From NCBI GenBank assembly GCA_963776275.1, contig CAVZMI010000032.1, positions 41,704-105,703 on the forward strand: a stretch of 64,000 nt of DNA, in the 5' to 3' direction. Under the pieces are notes generated by a model, which saw nothing but the letters and a program-made list of their open reading frames with translations, was not told where the DNA came from and searched no databases. Position 1 is the first letter of the stretch; every line of letters begins with the position of its first letter. Below, in pieces: positions 9,079 to 18,974 of this stretch. A program made the translations under genes and the position numbers. This DNA is from Ignavibacteriota bacterium. GTDB taxonomy: Bacteria; Bacteroidota; Ignavibacteria; UBA10030; CAVZMI01.

Positions 9079-10507
9079 TTATTTTAACAACATTGCCTTC
9101 ATCGTTCGAGTTGAATATATACCGCTCCGATCCCGCGAGGTTAATCGAAAAAGATACATACCGCTGGAAAACTTAGAAGCATCCCAGATAATCTGGTGAG
9201 GTTCGTCTTCCCTCTACATCGTTGATCAGTGTGGCGATTTCCCGACCCAGAGCATCGTACACTTTCAACGATACATTAAATCTTGATCCCGCGCCCGCTA
9301 TCTGATATCTGATCACAGTTGTCGGATTAAACGGGTTCGGAAAATTCTGGTACAGAGCGAACATATCCGGCAGAGCACCATCGTCATTCGTAAAAATTCC
9401 TCTTCCGTGTATGGCATTCTGAGAAGTTCCCCAATCGATTGTGTTTATGACAGCAATAAGCGTATCGGCGATTTTGTGATGAGTACTGACATTGGGGTGT
9501 CCTTTATTCACATAGCCATCGTTATAATAGGGGAACCATGCATAAAAGACATCACTATTGCCCACCTCATTTTCCTGATCGACAATTTCCGATATGGTTG
9601 ACTTAAGCCATTCCGGATGAGCCGAGACGGCCAGAATTTTCGTACCGGGATATAGGGACCTGATCGTATCGATAAATTCATGATATCGCGTTTGAAAGAA
9701 AGTTTTATTTTGGTTCGGTATGGTTAAACTATCATATCCGTGCCAGCTGTTGAAATCATTCAGTCCGAGACAGATGACAACCAAGTCGGGAATCCATTGT
9801 CCGAAATTCCATTTCGGCAGACTGATATACTCGAGCGCACGGTCGAAAATAGCGGGCAAATTGTTGCTCGTGTTCCCCTGCCAATCCTGTATAAGACCGA
9901 AACCTGATGCACTTGTCAAATGAAATTGTGCATCATAATATCTAGCAATGATCGCTCCAAAGCCTTCATCAATGTTGGTATACGAATCGTCTGGAGGGGC
10001 TGAGTCGTTCGAAGTCCATTCATTCCCGGAGGCGCAGGTGAATGAATCGCCGATAAACTCGATTTTCTTTGCTGGTTTTTGTTTCGGCGTCAGGAGATTT
10101 TTTCCATCGTCAAGGACGAATCCATTGAATGTAAATTTTCCCCAGTTAGTCTCATTCCTTTTCGTCACGCGGATCGTATGATGGCCGTCCGAAAGACCCG
10201 ATCGCAACGTGTAAGAAGCGGTTGTAAATATTGTGGGATGGAATACAAATTTGATTGTATCGTCAATAGTAACATTGTAGTAACAAAAATTGTCGGTCAT
10301 CCTGATTCCGATGCTTGTTCCTTCGAACTCGGCATATACAGAGACGCCGGGCCATGAATGTGTCGGAGCTGTTGGAACGCTGAAATCCCATCTTCCAAAA
10401 TATTGTATGTTCGGATCACTCGCGGGAACGATGTTTGTGGAGTACGATAGATTGCAGAAAACTATGAGCAACACTGCAGCGGACATAAAGATGTATAAGC
10501 TCCTCAT
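9079..10507 (-). pseudogene. CE2-type SGNH acetyl esterase with T9SS CTD, frameshifted inside the CTD
   Basis: N-terminal jelly-roll followed by an SGNH domain (IEFIGDSFTCASGNE, VVICLGLNDF, GHPNVSTHH). ORF 9173..10627 stops within the CTD (..VYDALGREIATLINDVEG..). The -1 frame continues DEPHQIIWDASKFSSGMYLFRLTSRDRSGIYSTRTMKAMLLK* to 9079. The shift is near the CCC run at 9210-9212. Likely start is MRSLYIF.. at 10507. Confidence 0.75.
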
Positions 10508-11076
10508 ATATCCTCCCTTCTGATGAAATCCATTCATTTTTAACCGACTTTGATGATCGGCTTCTTGACGTAAATGTTTCAAAATAACTCTTTTATTCCT
10601 TCGTTTCAATCTATCGACTCTAATCAATTAATAAATTCTAAACACATGACACAGATTGAAGTTTTTACTACAACGACCAGACAATTCTACAATATATTCT
10701 TCCATGGATAATAAGTAGACCATAACTTTATATATTTATTCGGAGAAACCGTATTATAATACGAATATAGCTGGCACATTTTTTGCAATACTTTTATAAA
10801 GAATGGAATGATTTTTCAGGAATGGGAAGAGTACTTCATATCGAAAAGACCGAGTGTTGTAAGTTTTTCCAGCTATCATTAAGAATCGTGCAGTAATTAA
10901 ATTCTCTGCGACTCTTGCACGAAATGGTGTAATGTGACGTTCTCAGTAGAATATTAGCGAATGTAAAACTGCGGCAGTCGTTGCAATTATCACATTTCAT
11001 GGCAATATAATTTTTGAAGCGATTTTCATATCTTACGTAATATGAGAAAATATTCTTAAATTACAGACGTTGACTA

Positions 11077-13671
11077 ATGAAAAATATTTTCAGAGGATTA
11101 ATCTTGTGTCGTATGACTTATAATAGATATACGAATACCATACTCCCAGTAATTGTCATGACTTTTGTAATCGGATTCATGTCGCAGGTCTATGCTCTTG
11201 ATCCTCATAAAACTATTAATCAATACGGCCATAATGTCTGGATGCGAAAAAATGGTTTACCGGCAAATGCAATAAATGTCGCTCTTCAGACTCATGATGG
11301 TTACTTCTATATCGGGACATCGACAGGTTTATTTCGTTTTGACGGCGTACACTTCAGTGAGGTGAATATTAATCCACATGATAGCGTAGCGGATGAAAAG
11401 ATATCTGCTTTATGCGAAACAAGAGATGGGAGTCTTTGGATCGGCACAACATATAATGGATTGCGCTGCATTAAGGATGGAAAAGTCATTCTATATGGAC
11501 AAAACGAAGGGTTGACGGAGATAGAGATTAAGAGACTATTTGAAAGCCGCGCCAGACATTTTTGGGTGGGCACGGCTCATGGACTCTTTCTGTTCAGTGA
11601 GGGAAAGTTCAAACAAGTACCTATAAATCCCGCCTACATAACCAGCATTGCCGAAGATGCTCAAGGAAGAATTTGGATTGGGACACATGCAGGTGTGCGA
11701 ATTTTTAAGGATGACGATGGGTCAGAGATCTTCAATTTTACATCTGCTGACGGTTTACCCAATAATATAACTTCATCCATCTGTGTCGATCGAAAATCAA
11801 ATGTTTGGATTGGAACTGAAGATGGATTGGCGTGTTGGAAAAACGGTCTGCTAACAACCTACACAACAAAAAATAGATTGTCAAATAATCATATTACCAC
11901 GATTTATGAAGACAAGGATGGCAACCTCTGGGTAGGAACGCGTAATGGCCTTAATCGTTTTTATAATAAACAATGGATTACATTCACAAATTCGGACGGC
12001 CTTACAAATAATTTTATTTTATCATTTGTTGAAGATCATGAAGGAAGTCTTTGGGTTTGTACCTTGGAAGGATTGGATCATTTCAGAGATGTGAACGTCA
12101 CTTCATACACCATGAAAGAGGGGCTTGCCAACGACTACCTTTCCAGTGTTGTTGAAACACCGGATAGAAGTCTGTATTTTCTCAGTAATTCGGATATCAG
12201 TATTACACGATTGAAGAATGGCAAATTCACAAAATTTTCTAATCAAGTTGGGACCGCCTTTGTCTCACGCGACAGCAGCCTCTGGATTGGCCAAAACGGA
12301 TTACTCTTCAATATTAAAAACGATCAAATTAAAAAATTCGATACAACCACCGGTCTACCCGCCAAATGGATTTCGGCAATCACGGAAGATGATAAAGGTC
12401 TTATAATCTATGTTGATAATATCGGCATTCGGCGGTTCATGAATGGACAATTGAAACCTTACTTGATGAAAGACGGGCAACCATATCCTAATAATGAATA
12501 CGTAGTATGTCTTTACGCACAATCAGACGGAACATTATGGGCAGGTACAACACGTGGGTTAGTAAGGATACATGACGGGTATAGTACAACGTTTACAACA
12601 AAAAATGGATTGGCAGGTAATTGGATCAGTTCTATTTCTGATGATGGACAGGGGAGTGTTTGGATAACTTCGCCACATGGAGGTTTTACACGTTACAGGG
12701 ATGGAAAGTTTACTGCATATACCAACAAAGTTGGATTGTTCACCAACGAAATATACTGTGCTATTTTTGACGACCAGGGAGATATTTGGCTGAGTAGTCC
12801 ACGAGGAATAGGGCATATTAAGCATCAGGAACTCGATGACTTTGCCGAGGGTCGATTGAACGCCATTCATTCAGAAATATTTTTAATGGTGGATGGAATG
12901 AAAACAGATGAATGTTTCGGTGAATGGCAACCTGCCGGTTGGAAAACGCACGACGGCCATATTTGGTTTGCCACAAAGAAAGGGGCAGTGATGATTGATC
13001 CGAAAGCAATCAAGAAGAACTCACTTTCCCCACCGGTGATAATCGAGAATGTTATAGTAAATCAGCAAAGAGCAAGTATAAATCAGTTCACTAAACTTGC
13101 CCCTGGCTCAGATAAAATTGAATTTCATTATGCAGCATTGAGTTTTCTCGTGCCGGAACGGGTGCTGTTTAAATATAAGCTTGAAGGATATGATTCGGAT
13201 TGGATCGAAGCAGGAACCAGGCGAGTCGCATACTATACGAACCTACCGCCCGGCAATTACCATTTCAAGGTAATAGCATGTAACAATGACGGACTCTGGA
13301 ACGAGGCAGGAGCGCATTACGGATTCAGACTTGAACCGTTTTTCTATCAGACATACTGGTTCTATGCACTTCTGGTGCTTGTGATCGGTGGAACCGTGTA
13401 CGGTTTTTTCAGGCTGAGATTATGGCAGCACGTAAGGAAAGAGAAGGAATTGCAGGAGCATATACACGAAGCGCTAGCAAATATCAAAATGTTAAACGGA
13501 TTAATTCCGATATGCTCAAGATGTAAGAAAATTCGAGACGACAAGGGGTATTGGGACCAACTCGAAGAATATATCGAGACACACTCCGATGCAACATTTT
13601 CACACGGTATTTGTCCCGATTGTGCGAAAGAATTATATCCGGATATGGTTTCAAAAATGAAGAAAATATAG
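11077..13671 (+). CDS. Membrane sensor: Reg_prop beta-propeller repeats + Y_Y_Y domain + TM + short Cys-rich cytoplasmic tail (no kinase/REC/HTH)
   Basis: 864 aa. Signal anchor, repeated LWIGT/VWIGT..GL motifs, Y_Y_Y block LFKYKLEGYDSDWIEAGTRRVAYYTNLPPGNYHFKVIACNNDGLWNE and TM YWFYALLVLVIGGTVYGFF. An 86-aa tail ends IPICSRCKKIRDDKGYWDQLEEYIETHSDATFSHGICPDCAKELYPD. Confidence 0.85.
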   Translation: MKNIFRGLILCRMTYNRYTNTILPVIVMTFVIGFMSQVYALDPHKTINQYGHNVWMRKNGLPANAINVALQTHDGYFYIGTSTGLFRFDGVHFSEVNINPHDSVADEKISALCETRDGSLWIGTTYNGLRCIKDGKVILYGQNEGLTEIEIKRLFESRARHFWVGTAHGLFLFSEGKFKQVPINPAYITSIAEDAQGRIWIGTHAGVRIFKDDDGSEIFNFTSADGLPNNITSSICVDRKSNVWIGTEDGLACWKNGLLTTYTTKNRLSNNHITTIYEDKDGNLWVGTRNGLNRFYNKQWITFTNSDGLTNNFILSFVEDHEGSLWVCTLEGLDHFRDVNVTSYTMKEGLANDYLSSVVETPDRSLYFLSNSDISITRLKNGKFTKFSNQVGTAFVSRDSSLWIGQNGLLFNIKNDQIKKFDTTTGLPAKWISAITEDDKGLIIYVDNIGIRRFMNGQLKPYLMKDGQPYPNNEYVVCLYAQSDGTLWAGTTRGLVRIHDGYSTTFTTKNGLAGNWISSISDDGQGSVWITSPHGGFTRYRDGKFTAYTNKVGLFTNEIYCAIFDDQGDIWLSSPRGIGHIKHQELDDFAEGRLNAIHSEIFLMVDGMKTDECFGEWQPAGWKTHDGHIWFATKKGAVMIDPKAIKKNSLSPPVIIENVIVNQQRASINQFTKLAPGSDKIEFHYAALSFLVPERVLFKYKLEGYDSDWIEAGTRRVAYYTNLPPGNYHFKVIACNNDGLWNEAGAHYGFRLEPFFYQTYWFYALLVLVIGGTVYGFFRLRLWQHVRKEKELQEHIHEALANIKMLNGLIPICSRCKKIRDDKGYWDQLEEYIETHSDATFSHGICPDCAKELYPDMVSKMKKI

Positions 13672-13743
13672 GCGTTATCGACTTCGTAGCACCTTTACCT
13701 ATACAGAGGCGATTCTTTTTCCTCAATTCACCTTAATACAGCG
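13672..13743. repeat. 72-nt post-stop segment duplicated after the second sensor gene (partner 16669..16741)
   Basis: gcgttatcgacttcgtagcacctttacctatacagaggcgattctttttcctcaattcaccttaatacagcg aligns with gcgttagcgacttcatagcacctttacatatatagaggcgattctttttcctcacttcaccttatatacagcg. Confidence 0.8.
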
Positions 13744-14082
13744 ATTGTTTGAAGATATCAGTCCCTGCAACGAACGGATCTTGTTTTCTAAGGCTTATAT
13801 GAGAGATGAAGAAGATACTCCTATCTTAAGTTTAATATGATCCCTGAGATTGTATCCGTGCATTTTCAATTTCCGACCATCAAAATCCAGATTAGGGACA
13901 TATGACGCTGAAAATTTTTGATATGCCGGCGTACAAATTTGCCTTGTTAATGGGCACTTTATTCGTTCGCCTCATAAAAAATCTTGTTATAATAAAGATA
14001 ACAATGATTGTTGCCGAATATATATAATGAGGGGGTATAGCCGGGCAAAACCACAGCGATTAATGGGTAATACATAATTATT

Positions 14083-16668
14083 ATGCAGAGTCATATGCCG
14101 AAAAGCAAATATAAACGAGCGGTGCTCTTAGTATTCGCAATGTTGTTTATATTCGGAGCGATATCGCCGATCTTCGCACTCGATCCCCAAAAAACTATTA
14201 ATCAATACGGACACACTGTCTGGATACGCCAAAATGGTCTACCGGCAACTGCCGTGAACGTAGTACTGCAGACCCATGATGGTTGCATCTGGTTTGGTAC
14301 GTCGGCGGGTTTGTTTCGTTTTGACGGTGTCAGCTTCAAACAGGTGAGCACAAATCCGGAAAATTCTCAATCGAACGAATCAGTTACTTCATTATGTGAA
14401 ACAAGAGACAGCAGTCTCTGGATCGGAACGGGGTATAATGGTCTACGTCGCTATAAGAATGGCAAGATGTATAATTACGGCTCGAAGGAAGGTTTTTACG
14501 ATATTCAAATTCGACAACTAGTTGAAAGCCGAACCGGATCTCTCCTCATAGGTACTTCCAATGGTTTCTATGCGTTCAGCAATGGCGTATTTAGACCCCT
14601 TCTTCTTATTCCTAATTATATATCCGGTGTTGCTGAAGATTCACTGGGAAGAATTTGGGTTGGAACACATCTTGGCGTACGAATCATTGACGAGTCTGAC
14701 CCGACAAAAGTCGTCTGGCTTACAACCAAAAACGGATTACCACAAAATGTGACTTCATACATTTATACGGATCGACAGGCAAACGTGTGGGTCGGAACAT
14801 ACAGTGGATTAGCCATATGGAAGGACGGTAAGTTTACAATATATAATGTGAACAATGGCTTGTCGGATAATTTCATACTTGTAATCTATCAAGACAGGGA
14901 CGGCAACGTTTGGGTTGGAACCCATAAAGGACTCAATCGATTTTATGGAGGCAAATGGACAAGCTACATAGATTCAGATGGCCTGACCGATAACAATGTT
15001 GTATCACTCACAGAAGATCATGAAGGCGGACTCTGGGTTTGCACTTCAAATGGACTCAATCTATTCAAAAACGTCAACATCACTACATTCACAACTTACG
15101 AAGGACTTCCGAGTAACAACATTTCAAGTATCATTGAAACATCGGATAAAAGCCTATACTTCTTTAGTAATGAAAGATCATACATTACCCGATTTATAAA
15201 TGGGAAGATCACCAAACGTGGCATACAAATCGGTCCCCTTTTTGCAGGACCGGTTTATTCGGCACGAGACGGGAGTCTGTGGATTGGTCAGAACGGATTA
15301 CTTTTCAACATCAAGAATGGAAAAGTCAAACGCTATGATGCTACAACAGGATTACCCTTAAAATGGATTCCTGCAATTACTGAAGACGATAAAAGTCTAA
15401 TTTTATACATCGACCACAAAGGTATCTTTAGATTCGTTAATGGACGGTTGACGCCTTATTTAATGAAAGACGGAAAACAATATCCTGCCGAAGAATATGT
15501 GGTATGTTTTTACCAACAACATGATAATCTTTTGTGGATCGGGGCCGCTAGCTGGCTGATGAAAGTAGAGAATGGAGAAGCTACAACTTATACAATTAAA
15601 GACGGGCTGGCCGGTAACTGGGTCACTTCTATTTATGACGATCGACAAGGGAATCTCTGGATCAGTTCACCCCAAGGCGGTCTCACGCGATACAAGAACG
15701 GTAAATTCACTGCATACAGCAAGAAGGCGGGTCTATTCACTGATGAAATATATTGCGTGTTAGGCGACGATCAGGGCGATCTATGGTTGAGCAGTCCGGT
15801 GGGCATCGGGCGCGTCAGCTGCAAGGAACTCGATGATTACGCCGAAGGACGGACAAACATCATTCATTCACAGGTCTATGAAATCGCTGACGGGATGAAA
15901 ACGGATGAGTGCTTTGGAGAATATCAGCCTGCAGGATGGAAAACACACGACGGCCATATATGGTTTGCGACGAGGATTGGTGCAGTAATGATTGATCCCA
16001 AAACGTTCAAGAAAAACGAACTCCAGCCACCGGTGTTGATCGAGCATGTCACTGTGGATCAACAGATAGTACCACCCGACCGTTTCATTAGTCTTCCGGC
16101 TGGTACACAAAAGTTGGAATTTCATTACACCGCACTCAGTTTCCTTATGCCTTCAAGAGTGTTATTCAAGTATAAGCTTGAAGGATACGATCATGATTGG
16201 GTAGATGCAGGTACAAGACGTGTGGCTTATTATACAAATCTTCCGCACGGTGATTATCGTTTTCATGTGATGGCATGTAACAACGACGGATTATGGAATG
16301 AGGTCTGCGCAGACTTCGGTTTTAAACTTGAGCCGCACTTCTATGAAATGTACTGGTTCTATGCACTCGTATTGATTGCATTGGGAGGAATCATCTACGG
16401 CTTTATCCGATTACGATTATGGCAGCATATAAAGAAAGAGAAAGAGCTGCAGGATCGCATCCAGGAGGCACTCACCAATCTTAAAATATTGGGAGGTCTT
16501 GTTCCGATTTGCGCCAATTGCAGGAAGATTCGAGACGACAAAGGGTATTGGGACCAATTGGAAGAATATGTCCAGACCCATTCAGATGTGAGATTTTCAC
16601 ACAGCATCTGTCCCGAATGTGCAAAAAAATTGTATCCTGATATGATTTTAAAAAAGAAGAAAACGTGA
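14083..16668 (+). CDS. Paralogous membrane sensor: Reg_prop + Y_Y_Y + TM + Cys-rich tail
   Basis: 861 aa with the same architecture as 11077..13671. Tail: VPICANCRKIRDDKGYWDQLEEYVQTHSDVRFSHSICPECAKKLYPD. Confidence 0.85.
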   Translation: MQSHMPKSKYKRAVLLVFAMLFIFGAISPIFALDPQKTINQYGHTVWIRQNGLPATAVNVVLQTHDGCIWFGTSAGLFRFDGVSFKQVSTNPENSQSNESVTSLCETRDSSLWIGTGYNGLRRYKNGKMYNYGSKEGFYDIQIRQLVESRTGSLLIGTSNGFYAFSNGVFRPLLLIPNYISGVAEDSLGRIWVGTHLGVRIIDESDPTKVVWLTTKNGLPQNVTSYIYTDRQANVWVGTYSGLAIWKDGKFTIYNVNNGLSDNFILVIYQDRDGNVWVGTHKGLNRFYGGKWTSYIDSDGLTDNNVVSLTEDHEGGLWVCTSNGLNLFKNVNITTFTTYEGLPSNNISSIIETSDKSLYFFSNERSYITRFINGKITKRGIQIGPLFAGPVYSARDGSLWIGQNGLLFNIKNGKVKRYDATTGLPLKWIPAITEDDKSLILYIDHKGIFRFVNGRLTPYLMKDGKQYPAEEYVVCFYQQHDNLLWIGAASWLMKVENGEATTYTIKDGLAGNWVTSIYDDRQGNLWISSPQGGLTRYKNGKFTAYSKKAGLFTDEIYCVLGDDQGDLWLSSPVGIGRVSCKELDDYAEGRTNIIHSQVYEIADGMKTDECFGEYQPAGWKTHDGHIWFATRIGAVMIDPKTFKKNELQPPVLIEHVTVDQQIVPPDRFISLPAGTQKLEFHYTALSFLMPSRVLFKYKLEGYDHDWVDAGTRRVAYYTNLPHGDYRFHVMACNNDGLWNEVCADFGFKLEPHFYEMYWFYALVLIALGGIIYGFIRLRLWQHIKKEKELQDRIQEALTNLKILGGLVPICANCRKIRDDKGYWDQLEEYVQTHSDVRFSHSICPECAKKLYPDMILKKKKT

Positions 16669-16741
16669 GCGTTAGCGACTTCATAGCACCTTTACATATA
16701 TAGAGGCGATTCTTTTTCCTCACTTCACCTTATATACAGCG
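16669..16741. repeat. Partner copy of the 72-nt post-stop segment; overlaps the 3' end of the convergent GH13 gene
   Basis: See 13672..13743. Positions 16720-16741 encode ..YAVYKVK* of the GH13 gene on the minus strand. Confidence 0.8.
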
Positions 16742-18426
16742 TAGGAGATCCCCGGCACATCCAGGCTTACGATTTTATTTTTCCTTGATATTTTTATCGC
16801 TTTCCCTACCAGTAGCTGCAGCTTTTTATATTCTATGTTCATCTGGAATTCCGCCGATGCATCCTTATCGGCCGGATTTAGAATCATCAGAATCACATCT
16901 TTTCCGTTGGCTCTGGCATAAATAAAGGGATATGTATTTTCTTTTGCATATAGCGGTACAAACTCGGCATATGCAGCCAGAGCAGGCTCTTTATGCTTCA
17001 ATTGTATCAGTTTCCTAACCCGGTTCAGCAGCGAATTCGGATCTTTATCCTGCCTTTCAATATTGGGTGCGTTGTTTGTCGTATCCACAGGCAAATACAG
17101 ATTCGAAAAATCAGCTGCAGAAAAACCGCAGTTCTTACCCGACGTCCATTGCATTGGAGTGCGGGCACCTGAGCGTGGTTTGTAGGCGCCTTCAATTTGG
17201 GGCATGTCGGCCAATTGACGCATACCTATTTCATTTCCATAATAAATAAATGGCACGCCGGGCATGGTTATCCCGAATGCCATAATCATTTCAAGTTCAT
17301 CGGTGGTCCGGTTTATATTCAACCGTGCGTTATCGTGGTTCCCGAGAGGCAGCAGAATATATCCCTTGGTTTTTGTGTCATTGTATTGATCCATGTATTT
17401 CGAAAGGAAATTAGCTATGTTCCCCTTTCCTTCCTTATCGAAAAAACTGTGCCCTTCGGAATATCCGTTCAGAATGCGCCAGCTTTCTTTTTGCATAAGA
17501 TCGTTGTAGCCGTCGAACCAGTGGAAAAAATCGGCGTGGAAGGCACCGTCAAGCGCGTCTTTCGGATACGACCATTCTGATACCATAAATGCCTGGGGGT
17601 ATTTCGTTTTCACAATCTGACGAATCTCGGTCCAGAATTTTTTTGTATCTCCATTTACATCGCTGCCTTTCACCAACGCACCGGCCATATCTGCGCGTAT
17701 ACCGTCGGCGCCCATGTCCATCCAGAAGCAGAATACTTTTTTTAACTCCTCGCGCATCGCTAGAATGTCTGGATGGTTGACCGGCAGCTGCCATTTTTTT
17801 GTCGAATCGGGTTTACCGAAACCAAAGTTGAGCGCCGGCTGCGACCAGTAGAAATTCCGCATAAAATTTCCATTACGTTGTCCGTAACCCTGAATAAATC
17901 TGTTACAGTACTCGCCTTCGTCCATCTTCCATACATTATCTGTCCATACATACCAGTTCGAATATTTATTCTGTTGTTGTTTGCATGATTCAATGAACCA
18001 CGGATGATCAATGGCAGTGTAGGTTATGACATAATCGAAAATCACTCTTAAACCGCGTTTGTGCGCTTCTTCAAACAGCCGTTTTGCATCATCGTTTGTT
18101 CCGTAACGGGGCGCCACTTTATAATAATTTCGAATATCATAACCTGCATCATTAAACGGCGAGTCAAAAAACGGATTAATCCAAATGCCGTCGACCCCGA
18201 GGCTTTTAACGTAATCCAATTTTTGAATGATACCGTTCAAATCGCCTATACCGTCGCCATTTGAATCGTAGAAGGTTTGCGGGTAAATCTGGTAAAACAC
18301 CGCGTGATGAAGCCATGCAGGACCATCGGGGATGGTGCATAATCCGGTTATATCAGCTCCTTGCCCATATGCAGGAGCAAATCCAATGAATATGTATATA
18401 GCAACAAGAATTAATTTCTTATTCAT
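16720..18426 (-). CDS. GH13 alpha-amylase-family enzyme (alpha-glucosidase / oligo-1,6-glucosidase-like)
   Basis: 568 aa with a signal peptide. Contains YQIYPQTFYDSNGDGIGDLNGIIQKLDYVKSLGVDGIWINPFFDSP, GADGIRADMA, VSEW and LGNHDN conserved regions. Confidence 0.9.
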   Translation of the reverse strand: MNKKLILVAIYIFIGFAPAYGQGADITGLCTIPDGPAWLHHAVFYQIYPQTFYDSNGDGIGDLNGIIQKLDYVKSLGVDGIWINPFFDSPFNDAGYDIRNYYKVAPRYGTNDDAKRLFEEAHKRGLRVIFDYVITYTAIDHPWFIESCKQQQNKYSNWYVWTDNVWKMDEGEYCNRFIQGYGQRNGNFMRNFYWSQPALNFGFGKPDSTKKWQLPVNHPDILAMREELKKVFCFWMDMGADGIRADMAGALVKGSDVNGDTKKFWTEIRQIVKTKYPQAFMVSEWSYPKDALDGAFHADFFHWFDGYNDLMQKESWRILNGYSEGHSFFDKEGKGNIANFLSKYMDQYNDTKTKGYILLPLGNHDNARLNINRTTDELEMIMAFGITMPGVPFIYYGNEIGMRQLADMPQIEGAYKPRSGARTPMQWTSGKNCGFSAADFSNLYLPVDTTNNAPNIERQDKDPNSLLNRVRKLIQLKHKEPALAAYAEFVPLYAKENTYPFIYARANGKDVILMILNPADKDASAEFQMNIEYKKLQLLVGKAIKISRKNKIVSLDVPGISYAVYKVK

Positions 18427-18429
18427 TTT

Positions 18430-18879
18430 TTATCTCTTCAATTTTATTGTCATTGCTTTTTGTCTGTAGGTAATGATCTTATCAGGATTCGCGGTACTTT
18501 CAACACCAACTCCATGATCAGCACCCACAAGCACAATGTGAAAGGTGCGCTGCACCGGTGCTCCATGATATGATCCTATCTGTGCACCCAAGGTAAGCAT
18601 TTTCCTTTCTTCATTCCACCGGATCGGAATTTGAATACAGAGATGCTTTTCATAATCATATGTATCGCCCTCATCGTCATACAGGGTGAACTCGGCATCC
18701 TCACCGGTGTAGAATGTATCCGATGCTGAAATACGGACGCGCACAACAACCGGCGAGAAAAAAGTGATTCTAATTTTGTACTTCCCGATATCGAATACTT
18801 CCGTCGAATGTCCGGAGAAGACATTCCCTTGACAGAGTACTGTCAGACAGAAGATCCACGATACTATTCTTCTGCTCAT
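18430..18879 (-). CDS. 149-aa secreted protein consisting essentially of a GH31 C-terminal (DUF5110-like) domain
   Basis: Signal peptide, then a short KIRITFFSPVVVRVRIS strand. FYTGEDAEFTLYDDEGDTYDYEKHLCIQIPIRWNEERKMLTLGAQIGSYHGAPVQRTFHIVLV follows, typical of the distal beta-sandwich of GH31 enzymes. Lies 4 nt upstream of the GH13 start. Confidence 0.55.
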   Translation of the reverse strand: MSRRIVSWIFCLTVLCQGNVFSGHSTEVFDIGKYKIRITFFSPVVVRVRISASDTFYTGEDAEFTLYDDEGDTYDYEKHLCIQIPIRWNEERKMLTLGAQIGSYHGAPVQRTFHIVLVGADHGVGVESTANPDKIITYRQKAMTIKLKR

Positions 18880-18974
18880 AATTGATTCTTGGCAATAAGA
18901 GTTGTATAATAATATAATGAACTCTAAAATATAATCCTACCATCCAATAATAAAAAAGCAATCCTGAGGGCGAT

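Noticed and set aside
13484-13726. Conserved 80-aa minus-strand ORFs (13484..13726 and 16481..16723) at the ends of both sensor genes
   Set aside because: Their conservation simply mirrors the duplicated sensor 3' ends on the other strand. The sense frame encodes the strongly patterned CxxC...CPxC tail.
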